A stretch of 64,000 bases of DNA from a bacterium (GTDB lineage Bacteria > Patescibacteriota > JABMPQ01 > JBDRIV01): contig JBDRIV010000002.1 in assembly GCA_043815505.1 (NCBI GenBank), positions 116,784 through 180,783 on the forward strand. Reading direction: 5' to 3'. This document shows, piece after piece, positions 49,520 to 58,951 of the stretch (the first letter of the stretch is position 1; each line of letters begins with the position of its first letter). The position numbers were made by a program, and so were the translations under genes. The notes under the pieces are model-generated. The model worked only from the letters and a program-made list of their open reading frames with translations, was not told the origin of the DNA and did not search any database.

Positions 49520-52009
49520 ATGAAAAGCTGTAATGCCATTCTGTGTCTCGTGGTGGTTTTTCTGCTGTCTGTTATGACAGCGGATGCCGCAGTTTTGCGG
49601 GTCCCTCAAAGCTATCCGACCATCCAGGTTGCTGTTGATGCCTCCGTGGATGGCGACACGGTGCTGGTGGACGAAGGCACCTACACTGGTGTTGGTAATC
49701 GTGATATCTATATCGAAAGGAAAAAGATAACTGTAAAGTCGGTGTCTGGACCCACTAAATGTATTATCAACTGCGAGAATAAAGGTCGTGCCTTCATGAT
49801 CTATCTCGAAGGTGATGACTCTCCAACTATCAATGGGTTTACCATTGTAAATGCATCCAAGTTTGTTGGTGGTTTCTATGATGATGGCGGTGGAATCTAT
49901 TGCCACTATGTCAATCCAACCATCAAAAACTGCATTATTATGAATTGCAACGGTGGTAATGGCGGTGGAATTTATCTCGATAATTCCAGTCCAGTCATTC
50001 AAGATTGTGTGATCGCGAACTGTGAAGCTACAAGATTTGGCGCTGGAATCTCTGGTCACAGCGAATGCTCTCCAAAAATTTTGGATTGTATCATTGACAA
50101 TAACAAAACGAACGATGGTGGCGCTGGAATTGCTATTGGTTATAATGGAAAGCCAGAAATAACCAATTGTATTATTACCAACAATCGTTCTAAAGATTCA
50201 TATGGTGGTGGTATCTCAATTTATCAAGATGCTGTTGGAAAAATTCAAAAATGTACAATCATTGGGAATTACTCTTACTCTGGAGGTGGAGGAGTTTACG
50301 TTGGTGGTTGTGGTATTGGTGAAAACCAATTAATCGAGAATTCCATTGTATGGGGAAATAGTGCAGTATCTCAAGGTGACAACATCTTTACCTATAATGA
50401 AGAAGACCTCATCGTCAAATTCTCTTGCATCGAAGGTGGTTGGGCTGGTCAGGGTAATATTAGTCAGAATCCGCAGTTTCGAGATGGTCCTCCCGACAAT
50501 GCATGGAAAAACACTCACTGGCCGTCAGGTTTGAATTCTGACGCCTACTATCTGAAACAAATCGCTGCTGGTGATGCAGTAGATAGTCCCTGTGTAGATG
50601 CCGGTAATCCCGGCACAACTGTTACAGGAACTACGCGCAACGATCAGGTTATCGATTCTGGCACGCCCGATATGGGTGCTCATTACAGAGAATTTTTCAT
50701 CGGATACAATCCGACTAACATGATTTTCACAGCTTCAGAAGGGGAAATCCCCGCGCCACAGTATGTGGAAATTTGGCCGGACGGTGATGGTTCAACTGGT
50801 ATGAACTGGACAGTTAGCAAATATGTTCCATGGATTTCTCTTGATCCGCTTTCTGGAACTTCAACAGGAGAAGTTGATCAGGTGGCAGTGAATATCGACA
50901 CTAGCAACATGAGTAGAGGAACCTACTCAGGCAAGATTTATGTTAATGCCAATGATGCTTTTTGGCCTACAGAAAGTATCCTGATTACAGTTAGCATCGG
51001 TGAAACGGTCACGGGCCCAAAGCTCGTTGTGGGGCCTGGCCCCGCTTACGGTAATGATTCTGTTGTTCGAGTTTTTCCTCCGCAGCAGAATGCAACCTAT
51101 GAATTGGAGTTTGCCGCTTACGGCGTGCCCCATTATGGGGTCAACGTTACGGTAGGGAATTTCGGTGGTGGCGACATGATCGTTACCGGCGCTGGCCCTG
51201 GGGCTGTATTTGGTCCTCATGTTAGAGGATTCTTGCCCAACGGTATTCAACTACCTGAGTTTTCCTTTCTCGCTTACGGAACCAACAAATGGGGTGTAAA
51301 CGTCGCTTGTGGTAATCTGGATGATGACGAAGCAGATGAGATTATTACTGGCGCTGGCCCAGGAGAAATTTTTGGCCCGCACGTGCGGGCGTGGAACTAT
51401 AATGGTTCTACTATTTCTTCCATAGCGAAGGTAAGCTATTTCGCCTATAAAACCCCTAAATGGGGAGTCAACGTAGCGGCTGGTGATGTGGATGGTGATG
51501 GTTACGACGAAATCATTACCGGCGCAGGACCAGGTGCGGTATACGGCCCTCACGTCCGGGGTTGGGATGTGGACTCTGATTCCGCGGTAGCCATACCAGG
51601 AATCAACTTCCTTGCTTATGGAACCAATAAGTTTGGTGTTAATGTGACAGTCGGAGATGTCGACGGCGACGGCTACGACGAAATCATTACCGGCGCTGGT
51701 CCAGGATCTGTGTTTGGAGCTCATGTGCGTGGTTGGAACTACGACGGCGCGCAAATCACAGAACTTCCTAACTTTTCCTTCTTTGCTTGGTCGCCTAACG
51801 ATATACGTTATGGCGCCAAGGTTTATGCCGGTGCTGATTTGGACGGTGACGGCAAAAATGAACTGATCGTTGGCGGTGGTCCTGATCCGAATATGAATAC
51901 CGAGATCAAAGCCTACCGCTATAATGGAAGTATCGTTGAATGGTTCTCCATCTACGAAACTTTCGTCGGATATACGAAGGGAACCAGCATCGCTGCTGGT
52001 AACTTCTAA
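49520..52009 (+). CDS. secreted protein: pectin-lyase-like beta-helix + BACON-like + FG-GAP repeats
   Basis: VPQSYPTIQ.AVD, GGGIY repeats, SPCVDAG, W.V...VPWI, GDVDGDGYDEIITGAGPG repeats. Confidence 0.88.
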   Translation: MKSCNAILCLVVVFLLSVMTADAAVLRVPQSYPTIQVAVDASVDGDTVLVDEGTYTGVGNRDIYIERKKITVKSVSGPTKCIINCENKGRAFMIYLEGDDSPTINGFTIVNASKFVGGFYDDGGGIYCHYVNPTIKNCIIMNCNGGNGGGIYLDNSSPVIQDCVIANCEATRFGAGISGHSECSPKILDCIIDNNKTNDGGAGIAIGYNGKPEITNCIITNNRSKDSYGGGISIYQDAVGKIQKCTIIGNYSYSGGGGVYVGGCGIGENQLIENSIVWGNSAVSQGDNIFTYNEEDLIVKFSCIEGGWAGQGNISQNPQFRDGPPDNAWKNTHWPSGLNSDAYYLKQIAAGDAVDSPCVDAGNPGTTVTGTTRNDQVIDSGTPDMGAHYREFFIGYNPTNMIFTASEGEIPAPQYVEIWPDGDGSTGMNWTVSKYVPWISLDPLSGTSTGEVDQVAVNIDTSNMSRGTYSGKIYVNANDAFWPTESILITVSIGETVTGPKLVVGPGPAYGNDSVVRVFPPQQNATYELEFAAYGVPHYGVNVTVGNFGGGDMIVTGAGPGAVFGPHVRGFLPNGIQLPEFSFLAYGTNKWGVNVACGNLDDDEADEIITGAGPGEIFGPHVRAWNYNGSTISSIAKVSYFAYKTPKWGVNVAAGDVDGDGYDEIITGAGPGAVYGPHVRGWDVDSDSAVAIPGINFLAYGTNKFGVNVTVGDVDGDGYDEIITGAGPGSVFGAHVRGWNYDGAQITELPNFSFFAWSPNDIRYGAKVYAGADLDGDGKNELIVGGGPDPNMNTEIKAYRYNGSIVEWFSIYETFVGYTKGTSIAAGNF

Positions 52010-52217
52010 ATCCAAAAAGTAAATCTCAGGGTGAGTTGCATAGCAATATGTAACTCACCCTTTTTCTTTATTTAAAATGCGCGCATCGATGGAGTGAGTG
52101 CGCGCAAAGCAAAGCTGGCTAGCAGAAAACATGGAGAGTTTCTCTGCGATTGGAGTTAAGCTATATTTGGGTTGGTATTCATTGATGTGGTAGATCAGGT
52201 AGATTTCTCCACATTTT

Positions 52218-52472
52218 TTATTTTGGTAGATCAAAGAGCATGCCGAGTTTGGGTCGGTGTTTGACGATGTGCTGAGTGAGCAGGATGCTTTTGATGAGAT
52301 GTTCCCGGTTTTCACCGCTTTCTTCTCCATAAATGATGTCAGGATCATTCATGAAGTCACATGAGATATCGTGATTTTTACCTAAATCGACACCACATTT
52401 CGGGCAGTTTTCTGGAAGTTGAAAGTCTTCCGGAATCTCAATCTCTAACTGACCATGAACAAAGCTTGTCAT
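52218..52472 (-). CDS. small hypothetical protein (CxxC)
   Basis: GAGGGG SD, boxA-like leader. Confidence 0.55.
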   Translation of the reverse strand: MTSFVHGQLEIEIPEDFQLPENCPKCGVDLGKNHDISCDFMNDPDIIYGEESGENREHLIKSILLTQHIVKHRPKLGMLFDLPK

Positions 52473-52594
52473 TTTTCTACCCCCTCTATATAAAAGTTAA
52501 AAGAACAAAGTTTCACATCAATATACTAATTATATTATATAATGTCAAAAATTACACGTCTACTATTATTTCTGAAATTTGCTAAGATAAATTT

Positions 52595-53134
52595 ATGTCA
52601 AAACAATGGAAAAAATTAAGTTCTAAAAAGGTTTATGAAAATCCTTGGATGAAAGTATTTGAGGATGATGTTGTTGGTCCCGACGGAAAGAAAAGTATTT
52701 ATGGTTACATAGATAAACCTCATTACGTTTTAGCTATTCCAATTTATAAGAAAAAATTCTATTTAGTTGAACAATATAGATATCCAGTTCAGGAAAGAGG
52801 AATTGAGTTTCCACAAGGTGGGAATGAAAATGGGCGTGAACCTCAAGAGCAAGTTAAAATAGAATTGCAAGAAGAAACTGGTTTAATCACAAAAAAGATA
52901 AAAAAACTTGGATTTTTATGGTTATCAAATGGACATTCAACTCAAGGATTTTACATTTATTTAATCCATTGTAAAAAGAAGGGAAAAACCAATTTTGAAG
53001 GAACAGAAGCAGATATGAAAATTAAAAAATATTCTAAAAAGAAATTAGAAAAAATGTTAGCAGATGGAACTATAAAAGATTCTCCTACCGTTGCTGCTTA
53101 CGGATTATATTTGCTCAAAAAGAAAAGGACTTAA
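52595..53134 (+). CDS. NUDIX hydrolase (ADP-ribose pyrophosphatase-like)
   Basis: VYENPW, EQYRYP, EFPQGG...ELQEETG. Confidence 0.9.
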   Translation: MSKQWKKLSSKKVYENPWMKVFEDDVVGPDGKKSIYGYIDKPHYVLAIPIYKKKFYLVEQYRYPVQERGIEFPQGGNENGREPQEQVKIELQEETGLITKKIKKLGFLWLSNGHSTQGFYIYLIHCKKKGKTNFEGTEADMKIKKYSKKKLEKMLADGTIKDSPTVAAYGLYLLKKKRT

Positions 53135-53158
53135 GATAAGTCCTTTAAAATGTGCGGT

Positions 53159-53560
53159 TTAAGCTGGTTGATCCAGTTTATTTTTTTCGATTTCGTGATG
53201 CAGGTTTTCAGCCAGGGCGTTAACAACACTGCGAACATTGCTAGTGGTGATGTCACCTTTGTAGTGAACGCTCATAGGTCTTTTATACTCACCTTCTCTG
53301 AAAAAAGGAAAAGCAACACTCAACCTATTCTTTTCTCCAAATCTGAAAATGAGTTGGGTGCAGAAATGACTACGAACGTCAATTTTGGAGCTAACATTAC
53401 ATTCATAAGATTCTATCGGTCTGGCAATTCTTTTAAACAAAACAGGGTCATGTTTGTAGAGTCTATTAAACTCAGCTTCTAGAATTCTCAGTTCATGGGG
53501 ATGCTTTGGTGCGCTCCAAAATTGGAATTTGTCCATAAGATTATACGGAGTTCTACCCAT
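53159..53560 (-). CDS. hypothetical ORFan protein
   Basis: AGGAGG SD; 133-aa ORF. Confidence 0.7.
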   Translation of the reverse strand: MGRTPYNLMDKFQFWSAPKHPHELRILEAEFNRLYKHDPVLFKRIARPIESYECNVSSKIDVRSHFCTQLIFRFGEKNRLSVAFPFFREGEYKRPMSVHYKGDITTSNVRSVVNALAENLHHEIEKNKLDQPA

Positions 53561-53714
53561 TATCGTTCCTCCTATGTGAAAGATTTCAATTACGATCTAT
53601 ATTTCGAACTTTAAAGATTGCCACAAGAATTTCAAATAGTCAAACAAAAAAAGCCCTCGCAGAAAGAGCTTATAATAATATAATTCTGCGAAGGCCGTGT
53701 GGCGATGCCTTGAG

Positions 53715-53906
53715 TCAGCTAAATTCGAAGAATCTTGACATGACGATATCGTCGACTCTGATGCTGAAGCGAGAAATTGTTGGCGATTGGTTTTCCAAAC
53801 CACCATTTTCACTGAGATGCTTCAATGCACCCGTGACCTCCTCGTCAGAAAACCTTTCCGGATTTTCCAAAATATTTCTTGCTGCTCTTGTCCTTTCTTC
53901 CTGCAT
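53715..53906 (-). CDS. small hypothetical protein
   Basis: GGGG SD, boxA-like leader, downstream terminator hairpin at about 53645-53697. Confidence 0.5.
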   Translation of the reverse strand: MQEERTRAARNILENPERFSDEEVTGALKHLSENGGLENQSPTISRFSIRVDDIVMSRFFEFS

Positions 53907-54055
53907 CGCTTACCCCCATCATGTTGTTTGAAAGATCAAACTATTACCCTAAAAACACTGATATATTTTTATCATACACAAACCAAAAAGTCAATCCCGC
54001 TTTCAAAAAATATAAATATTTAGTAAAATAACAAACAGATTACTAAAAACAAACA

Positions 54056-54820
54056 ATGAATATTATAACTGCTGAAGCTTCAATTGTTAGAATAATTCAA
54101 GACACACATTGTGTAAAAAGATATCAACTGGAATTTCCCGAATTAAAAGATCTAAATTTTCAAGCGGGACAATTTATAATTCTGTCTTTGCCCGAAATAA
54201 AAGACGAAGAAGACAAGCCAATAAAAAGAGCATATTCAATTGCATCTTCACCTGACATGAAAGATTATTTAGAGCTTTGTATAAAAAACATGGCTACCGG
54301 CGGACTTTCCACTCAACTAAATGATTTACAAGTTGGTGACAAAGTAAATGTGCAAGGACCATTCGGTGCTTTCACTTTACAACACAAACAACCAAAATAT
54401 ATTTTCTTAGCTGGTGGTAGTGGAATTTCTCCTTTAATGAGCATGGTACGTCACATGGCTCACGAAAAAAGGGGTGAAGAAATTCTTTTTTTCTTTTCCG
54501 CTCTAACTCGCTGTGATTTAGTTTATGAAGAAGAACTTCCCGCTTTGGTGAAAGAGTTTCCCAACATCAAACTGATTTTTGGAATTAGTGAAGAAGAATG
54601 GCCAGCCATGTTTAAAGATGCGCCATGGGAAAAAGTGCAAGGTTTATTTAATAAAGACACTTTAGCAAAATATATGAATGGTATAGATTATGAAGCCTAC
54701 ATTTGCGGACCAGAGCCTTTCATAAATGCTATGAAAGATGGATTAGATGCACTTGGTGTGCCAAAAGAAAACGTTCATTATGAAGATTGGGGCACAGCCA
54801 ACAAACAATTAGCCAAGTAA
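54056..54820 (+). CDS. FAD/NAD(P)-binding oxidoreductase (FNR-like)
   Basis: AGQF, RAYSIAS, GPFG.F, AGGSGISP, YICGP. Confidence 0.93.
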   Translation: MNIITAEASIVRIIQDTHCVKRYQLEFPELKDLNFQAGQFIILSLPEIKDEEDKPIKRAYSIASSPDMKDYLELCIKNMATGGLSTQLNDLQVGDKVNVQGPFGAFTLQHKQPKYIFLAGGSGISPLMSMVRHMAHEKRGEEILFFFSALTRCDLVYEEELPALVKEFPNIKLIFGISEEEWPAMFKDAPWEKVQGLFNKDTLAKYMNGIDYEAYICGPEPFINAMKDGLDALGVPKENVHYEDWGTANKQLAK

Positions 54821-54860
54821 TATAAATTGTGGTATAGTAATAAAAAAGTAAGCAAAACAA

Positions 54861-55367
54861 ATGTCAGAACAAGAAGAAAAAACAATTGATCTAAACAAAA
54901 TTGGCAATGAGCTTTTGTCTTGGGAAGCGAACGAGTTTGTGCAATATGATAGAGATCAAAGTTGGTATTTGGGTGGTGGAATTTTAGCTGTGCTTCTAGT
55001 CATATATTCCATTTTTACCAGCAATTATCTTTTTACTTTGATAATTGCCATGATTGTAGCCGTTGTTTATTTGTACACGCAAAAAAAGCCAGAAAAATTA
55101 AAGGTTGTAATCACAGAAAAGGGAATAGTTTTGAATAAAGAATTTCTTGATTACGAAGATTTAGAAGATTTTTGGATTTTATATAAACCACCCGAGCTTA
55201 AAACTCTAAATATTGGCAGACAAGGTTTTTGGCGACCACATTATGAAATTCAGTTAGAAGATATTAATCCGCTAAAAGTTCGCGAGATTTTGCTGGAATA
55301 TTTGGAAGAAAATGTGGAACGAGAAGAAGGCGGAGTTGATAGAATGTCCAGGAACTTGAAGTTTTAG
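54861..55367 (+). CDS. conserved 2-TM membrane protein with PH-like tail
   Basis: W.A.EF....R...WY, two TM helices, I...GI, FWI.Y.PP. Confidence 0.8.
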   Translation: MSEQEEKTIDLNKIGNELLSWEANEFVQYDRDQSWYLGGGILAVLLVIYSIFTSNYLFTLIIAMIVAVVYLYTQKKPEKLKVVITEKGIVLNKEFLDYEDLEDFWILYKPPELKTLNIGRQGFWRPHYEIQLEDINPLKVREILLEYLEENVEREEGGVDRMSRNLKF

Positions 55368-55463
55368 TTTGTTTCTTGTAAAGTAGTTTTAGTATCAGGA
55401 ACCATTTTTGGTTCCTTTTACGATAGAAGTGGCAAATGGCACTTTGCATTTATTTTAAGAGGA

Positions 55464-55565
55464 GCCCCGCCCCAGTTTTATAGAACTCAAATGCTTTAAG
55501 TTAAAAATTACTTTTTAGCATTATTGAATTAGATTATATTGAGTTTTGAAAAACTGGGGCGGGGC
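55464..55565. repeat. GC-clamped palindromic element in tRNA-Arg(GCG) leader
   Basis: GCCCCGCCCCAGTTT...AAACTGGGGCGGGGC perfect 15-bp termini. Confidence 0.88.
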
Positions 55566-55570
55566 GACGA

Positions 55571-55643
55571 GCGCTCGTAGCTCAGCGGATAGAGCATCAG
55601 ATTGCGGATCTGAAGGTCGCAGGTTCGAATCCCGCCGAGCGCA
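55571..55643 (+). tRNA. tRNA-Arg(GCG)
   Basis: TCAGA-TTGCGGA-TCTGA arm; perfect acceptor stem GCGCTCG/CGAGCGC. Confidence 0.92.
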
Positions 55644-55756
55644 GAAAATATCCACCATGATGGTGGATATTTGTTTTGTCCAAATTGAAAGAAATTATAT
55701 AGTGGTTATAATTAAAGGAATTTTATTTTGGGTAGTTCTTTAAAAAGGGGGAATAG

Positions 55757-55954
55757 ATGATGATCAAGAATAAGAGAATAAAGAAGGATTCTAATTGCCA
55801 ACCCTGTCCTGAGTGTGGAAGTGAAAATGTAAGCGCTTCCAATATTAAGGACGTTGCTTTTTCCATCCATTATATTGATGATGTGGCAGATTTTCTCTGT
55901 CATGATTGTAAACACGTCTGGCACGGTCAGTATGGATATATGGGGTTAACGTGA
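55757..55954 (+). CDS. small Zn-ribbon protein
   Basis: CPECGS...CHDC..W; GGGGG SD. Confidence 0.6.
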   Translation: MMIKNKRIKKDSNCQPCPECGSENVSASNIKDVAFSIHYIDDVADFLCHDCKHVWHGQYGYMGLT

Positions 55955-55978
55955 TTATGTGAGAGAAGGAGGGAAAAG

Positions 55979-56479
55979 ATGCTTTGCATTATTTCTGACC
56001 AGGGATATCCTAAAGATGGTAATGTGATGGCTAGGGTTGAACTTTATCTTGATAATCCTTTTGAAGGTGGAATTATGATTTTAGGCAAGGACAGTCAAGA
56101 AAAAGAATTCAAACCAAAACATGAGCCTGGAGGATCATATGCTCTTCCATCGGGAAAGCAATTTCGTGTACCCGTAGGAAATCATTCGGTTTTGTATTTT
56201 CCTTTCGAGTTGAATTGTAGTATCGGAACCCAGGAAATTAAAAAGTATGAACATATTGATGACGAATTTTTTCGTCATTTTGACCTGGTTCTGATGGACG
56301 AATTCATGGAACGAATCGAACTCAACGATTCGGAAATCGAAAGGTTTTTCAAGAAGATGGTTATTTGGGGGAGGCTTGAATTGATTGGGGTACTGGCAAC
56401 TCATTTTTGGGGTGAGGTTTATCAGGAGAGAACTCCCGTAGTTGAAGAGTTCTTGAACCGTTTTAGAAAACAAGAATAA
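55979..56479 (+). CDS. hypothetical ORFan protein
   Basis: AAGGAGG SD; terminator hairpin at about 56490-56518. Confidence 0.7.
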   Translation: MLCIISDQGYPKDGNVMARVELYLDNPFEGGIMILGKDSQEKEFKPKHEPGGSYALPSGKQFRVPVGNHSVLYFPFELNCSIGTQEIKKYEHIDDEFFRHFDLVLMDEFMERIELNDSEIERFFKKMVIWGRLELIGVLATHFWGEVYQERTPVVEEFLNRFRKQE

Positions 56480-56593
56480 ATGTACTTTGACCCGCAACCA
56501 TGTTGGTTTGCGGGTTTTCGTTTGCTGGAAGGTGTAAAAATTGATAAAATCTTATTATGTATATGAAATTATAAGAGAGGATATAATCTTAAT

Positions 56594-57048
56594 GGAGGAG
56601 TGTCAGAGTGGGTTGCAAGCGAACTTGTGGAGCTTGTGACGGGTTGCAAAAGCAACCCTGGCATTTGCGAGATTCAGTTTTTTGCTTAAGACGAAGTCGA
56701 GATATAATGTAATCGAGCAAATGAACGGACCGGTCTTGTTACCCAAAGCGTGATCCGCCTTTGACAGAAAAACAATTATTTTATTAAAACGTCTTTTCTA
56801 CTGAGTGGAGGGGTGACGGAGTGGACGATCGTGACAGTCTTGAAAACTGTTGTCTCTTCACGGGGACCGTGAGTTCGAATCTCACCCCCTCCGCTCAGTA
56901 GAAAAGTCTTGTCACCCAAAGGGTGATCGCCCTCTGGGCGAAAAACCGGAGTCCCCTCACGGGGACCGTGAGCCTGCCTGTCGTTAGGCGGGTTCGAATC
57001 TCCCTAGCCGCGCCTGTGGCTTGCCGCGGGCAGGCACCCCCTCCGCCA
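56594..57048 (+). tRNA. outer tRNA-Ser(TGA) interrupted by four insertions (or pseudo-tRNA)
   Basis: fragments 56594-56611, 56721-56738, 56942-56972, 56993-57002 and 57036-57048 join into a Ser(TGA) cloverleaf with CCA. Confidence 0.75.
56807..56893 (+). tRNA. intact tRNA-Ser(TGA) nested in the outer tRNA
   Basis: GGAGGGG/CCCCTCC acceptor, ACAGT-CTTGAAA-ACTGT arm, long variable arm, G73. Confidence 0.93.
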
Positions 57049-57070
57049 TTAAAATATTAATAGCAAAAAT

Positions 57071-57292
57071 ATGTACAAAACAGCAACAAGATGGGTAGCG
57101 ATTATTTTAACCGCTTCCGTAATATTATTTACTTTGATGGCGATATTGGCCATTTGGGACGTACTTGATGGCGACATAGCTTGGAAATCTCTAAGTACAT
57201 TAAGTGTTATTCTTTTTGCTTCACTCATCTCTTTGGTAATCATAAAAATAATTAAAAACAAAGGCGGATCTGATAAAAATTTAGATCTATAG
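57071..57292 (+). CDS. small 2-TM membrane protein
   Basis: LAIWDV...WKSL.TL pattern. Confidence 0.7.
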   Translation: MYKTATRWVAIILTASVILFTLMAILAIWDVLDGDIAWKSLSTLSVILFASLISLVIIKIIKNKGGSDKNLDL

Positions 57293-57306
57293 ATATAAAC
57301 AACTAA

Positions 57307-58539
57307 ATGCTCATAACAAATTTTCTAATATTTCTAGTTTTAATTTTAGTGTCAGCAGTCTTTTCTGGTACCGAAACGGCTCTCATGACGATTGGTCCTG
57401 CCAAAGTTGAAGCTTTGATTGAACAAAATAAAAAAGGTGCTAAAGCCTTAAAAAGAATAAAGAAAAATACTCATCGTTTAATAATAACAATTTTAATTGG
57501 TAACAATTTAGTAAACATTGCCGCTGCCTCGCTGGCGACAGTGTTTTTTACTGATTTATTTGGATCAAAGGGAGTGGGTATTGCTACAGGAATTATGACA
57601 TTTCTAATTTTGGTATTTGGTGAAATAACTCCTAAAACTTATGCTGCCAATAATGCTGTGAGCTTGTCTCTTATGTTGGCTAAACCAATGGAAGTTCTAA
57701 TAATAACAATTTTACCTTTGGTTATGCTCTTTGAATATATTGCCAAAGGCATGTCATGGTTATTGCGTTCCAAAAAAGAAGATAAACTTTCTGAAGAAGA
57801 AATTAAATCTGTGGTAACCTTGGGACATAAAGAAGGAGTTTTAACTGAAGATGAAGCCGAAATGATTGAAAATGTTTTAGACTTTGAAGACAAAACTGTT
57901 AAGGAGGTAATGACACCAGTTTCTAATGTAAAAATGGTGGATGGCGCCAAACAGCTTTCTGAAGTTGTCGATTATGTGGCAAAAACTCCTCATTCTGAAT
58001 ATCCAGTTTATTTGAATAATAAAAACAATATTATAGGTGCCTTAGATGTTGATGATGTTTTAGAATATGTCAAAGACGATAAAGAAGATGTTTTGGTAAA
58101 AGATATTACGCGGGGTGTATTGCAAGTTACGGAAAAAAAGGAAATTGACGATTTGTTACAAGAACATGAACACGAAGACATGCCGTTAGTTATTGTGACA
58201 GATGATAATGAAAAAGTAATTGGGCTGGTAACTACTGAAGACATTTTAGAGGAAATCGTCGGTGAAATATTTGATAAAAGCGATAGAGAAGATGTGTTGG
58301 TGGAAAAAATTGATGCTAAAACAGCTCGCGTTAGCGCCATGATTCCGCTTGAAGAAGTAAATAAAAAATTAAAATTAAATCTGAAAGGGAGAAAATTTTT
58401 CACTCTAGCAGGCTTCATTCTTCACAGATTAAAACGTATGCCCAAGGAAGGTGAAATTATTAAGTTAAAAAATGCTATAATTGAAGTGGATGAGGTGACG
58501 GGCAATGCTATTGAAAGTGTAAAAATAATTAAGAAATAA
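57307..58539 (+). CDS. hemolysin/CNNM family protein (DUF21-CBS-CorC)
   Basis: SA.FSG.ETAL, TILIGNNLVNI, FGEITPK, CBS pair, EDILEEIVGEI.D. Confidence 0.93.
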   Translation: MLITNFLIFLVLILVSAVFSGTETALMTIGPAKVEALIEQNKKGAKALKRIKKNTHRLIITILIGNNLVNIAAASLATVFFTDLFGSKGVGIATGIMTFLILVFGEITPKTYAANNAVSLSLMLAKPMEVLIITILPLVMLFEYIAKGMSWLLRSKKEDKLSEEEIKSVVTLGHKEGVLTEDEAEMIENVLDFEDKTVKEVMTPVSNVKMVDGAKQLSEVVDYVAKTPHSEYPVYLNNKNNIIGALDVDDVLEYVKDDKEDVLVKDITRGVLQVTEKKEIDDLLQEHEHEDMPLVIVTDDNEKVIGLVTTEDILEEIVGEIFDKSDREDVLVEKIDAKTARVSAMIPLEEVNKKLKLNLKGRKFFTLAGFILHRLKRMPKEGEIIKLKNAIIEVDEVTGNAIESVKIIKK

Positions 58540-58541
58540 TT

Positions 58542-58934
58542 ATGCCGAGAGAACTTAGAATCAAATGGTTATACTGGACACCGCGAATTTTAGGAATAGC
58601 CTTAACTATATTTGTTACCTTATTTGCTTTTGATGTTTTTGAAGAAGGTTCAGTTTTGGAGAAGTTTGTTGGTTTTCTAATTCATCTTTTGCCCACCTTT
58701 TTAATTTTATTGTTTTTATTTATTTCTTGGAAATGGGATAGTGTGGGTGGCACAATGTTTGTTTGTCTCGGAGTTTATTATATGGTTCTAGTTTGGGAGA
58801 GTTCACCTTACTCTTGGTTGTGGAGTTTAATTTTAGCTGGACCAGTAATGGCTATGGGAGTTCTTTTCATGCTCTCAGCAGTTTACAATAAATCTAAATT
58901 TGAACTTGATTTTCTGCGCCGTTTGAAAAGATAA
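58542..58934 (+). CDS. hypothetical 4-TM membrane protein
   Basis: W.PRIL.I...FAFDVF...LIHLLP pattern. Confidence 0.75.
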   Translation: MPRELRIKWLYWTPRILGIALTIFVTLFAFDVFEEGSVLEKFVGFLIHLLPTFLILLFLFISWKWDSVGGTMFVCLGVYYMVLVWESSPYSWLWSLILAGPVMAMGVLFMLSAVYNKSKFELDFLRRLKR

Positions 58935-58951
58935 TTAGTAATAAATTTAAA

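Noticed and set aside
51251-52015. 254-aa antisense ORF
   Set aside because: Shadow of the Gly-rich FG-GAP gene on the opposite strand; no motif or SD
48490-52500. Integrated island with att site at tRNA-His
   Set aside because: No duplicated tRNA 3' end was found downstream and there is no dedicated integrase
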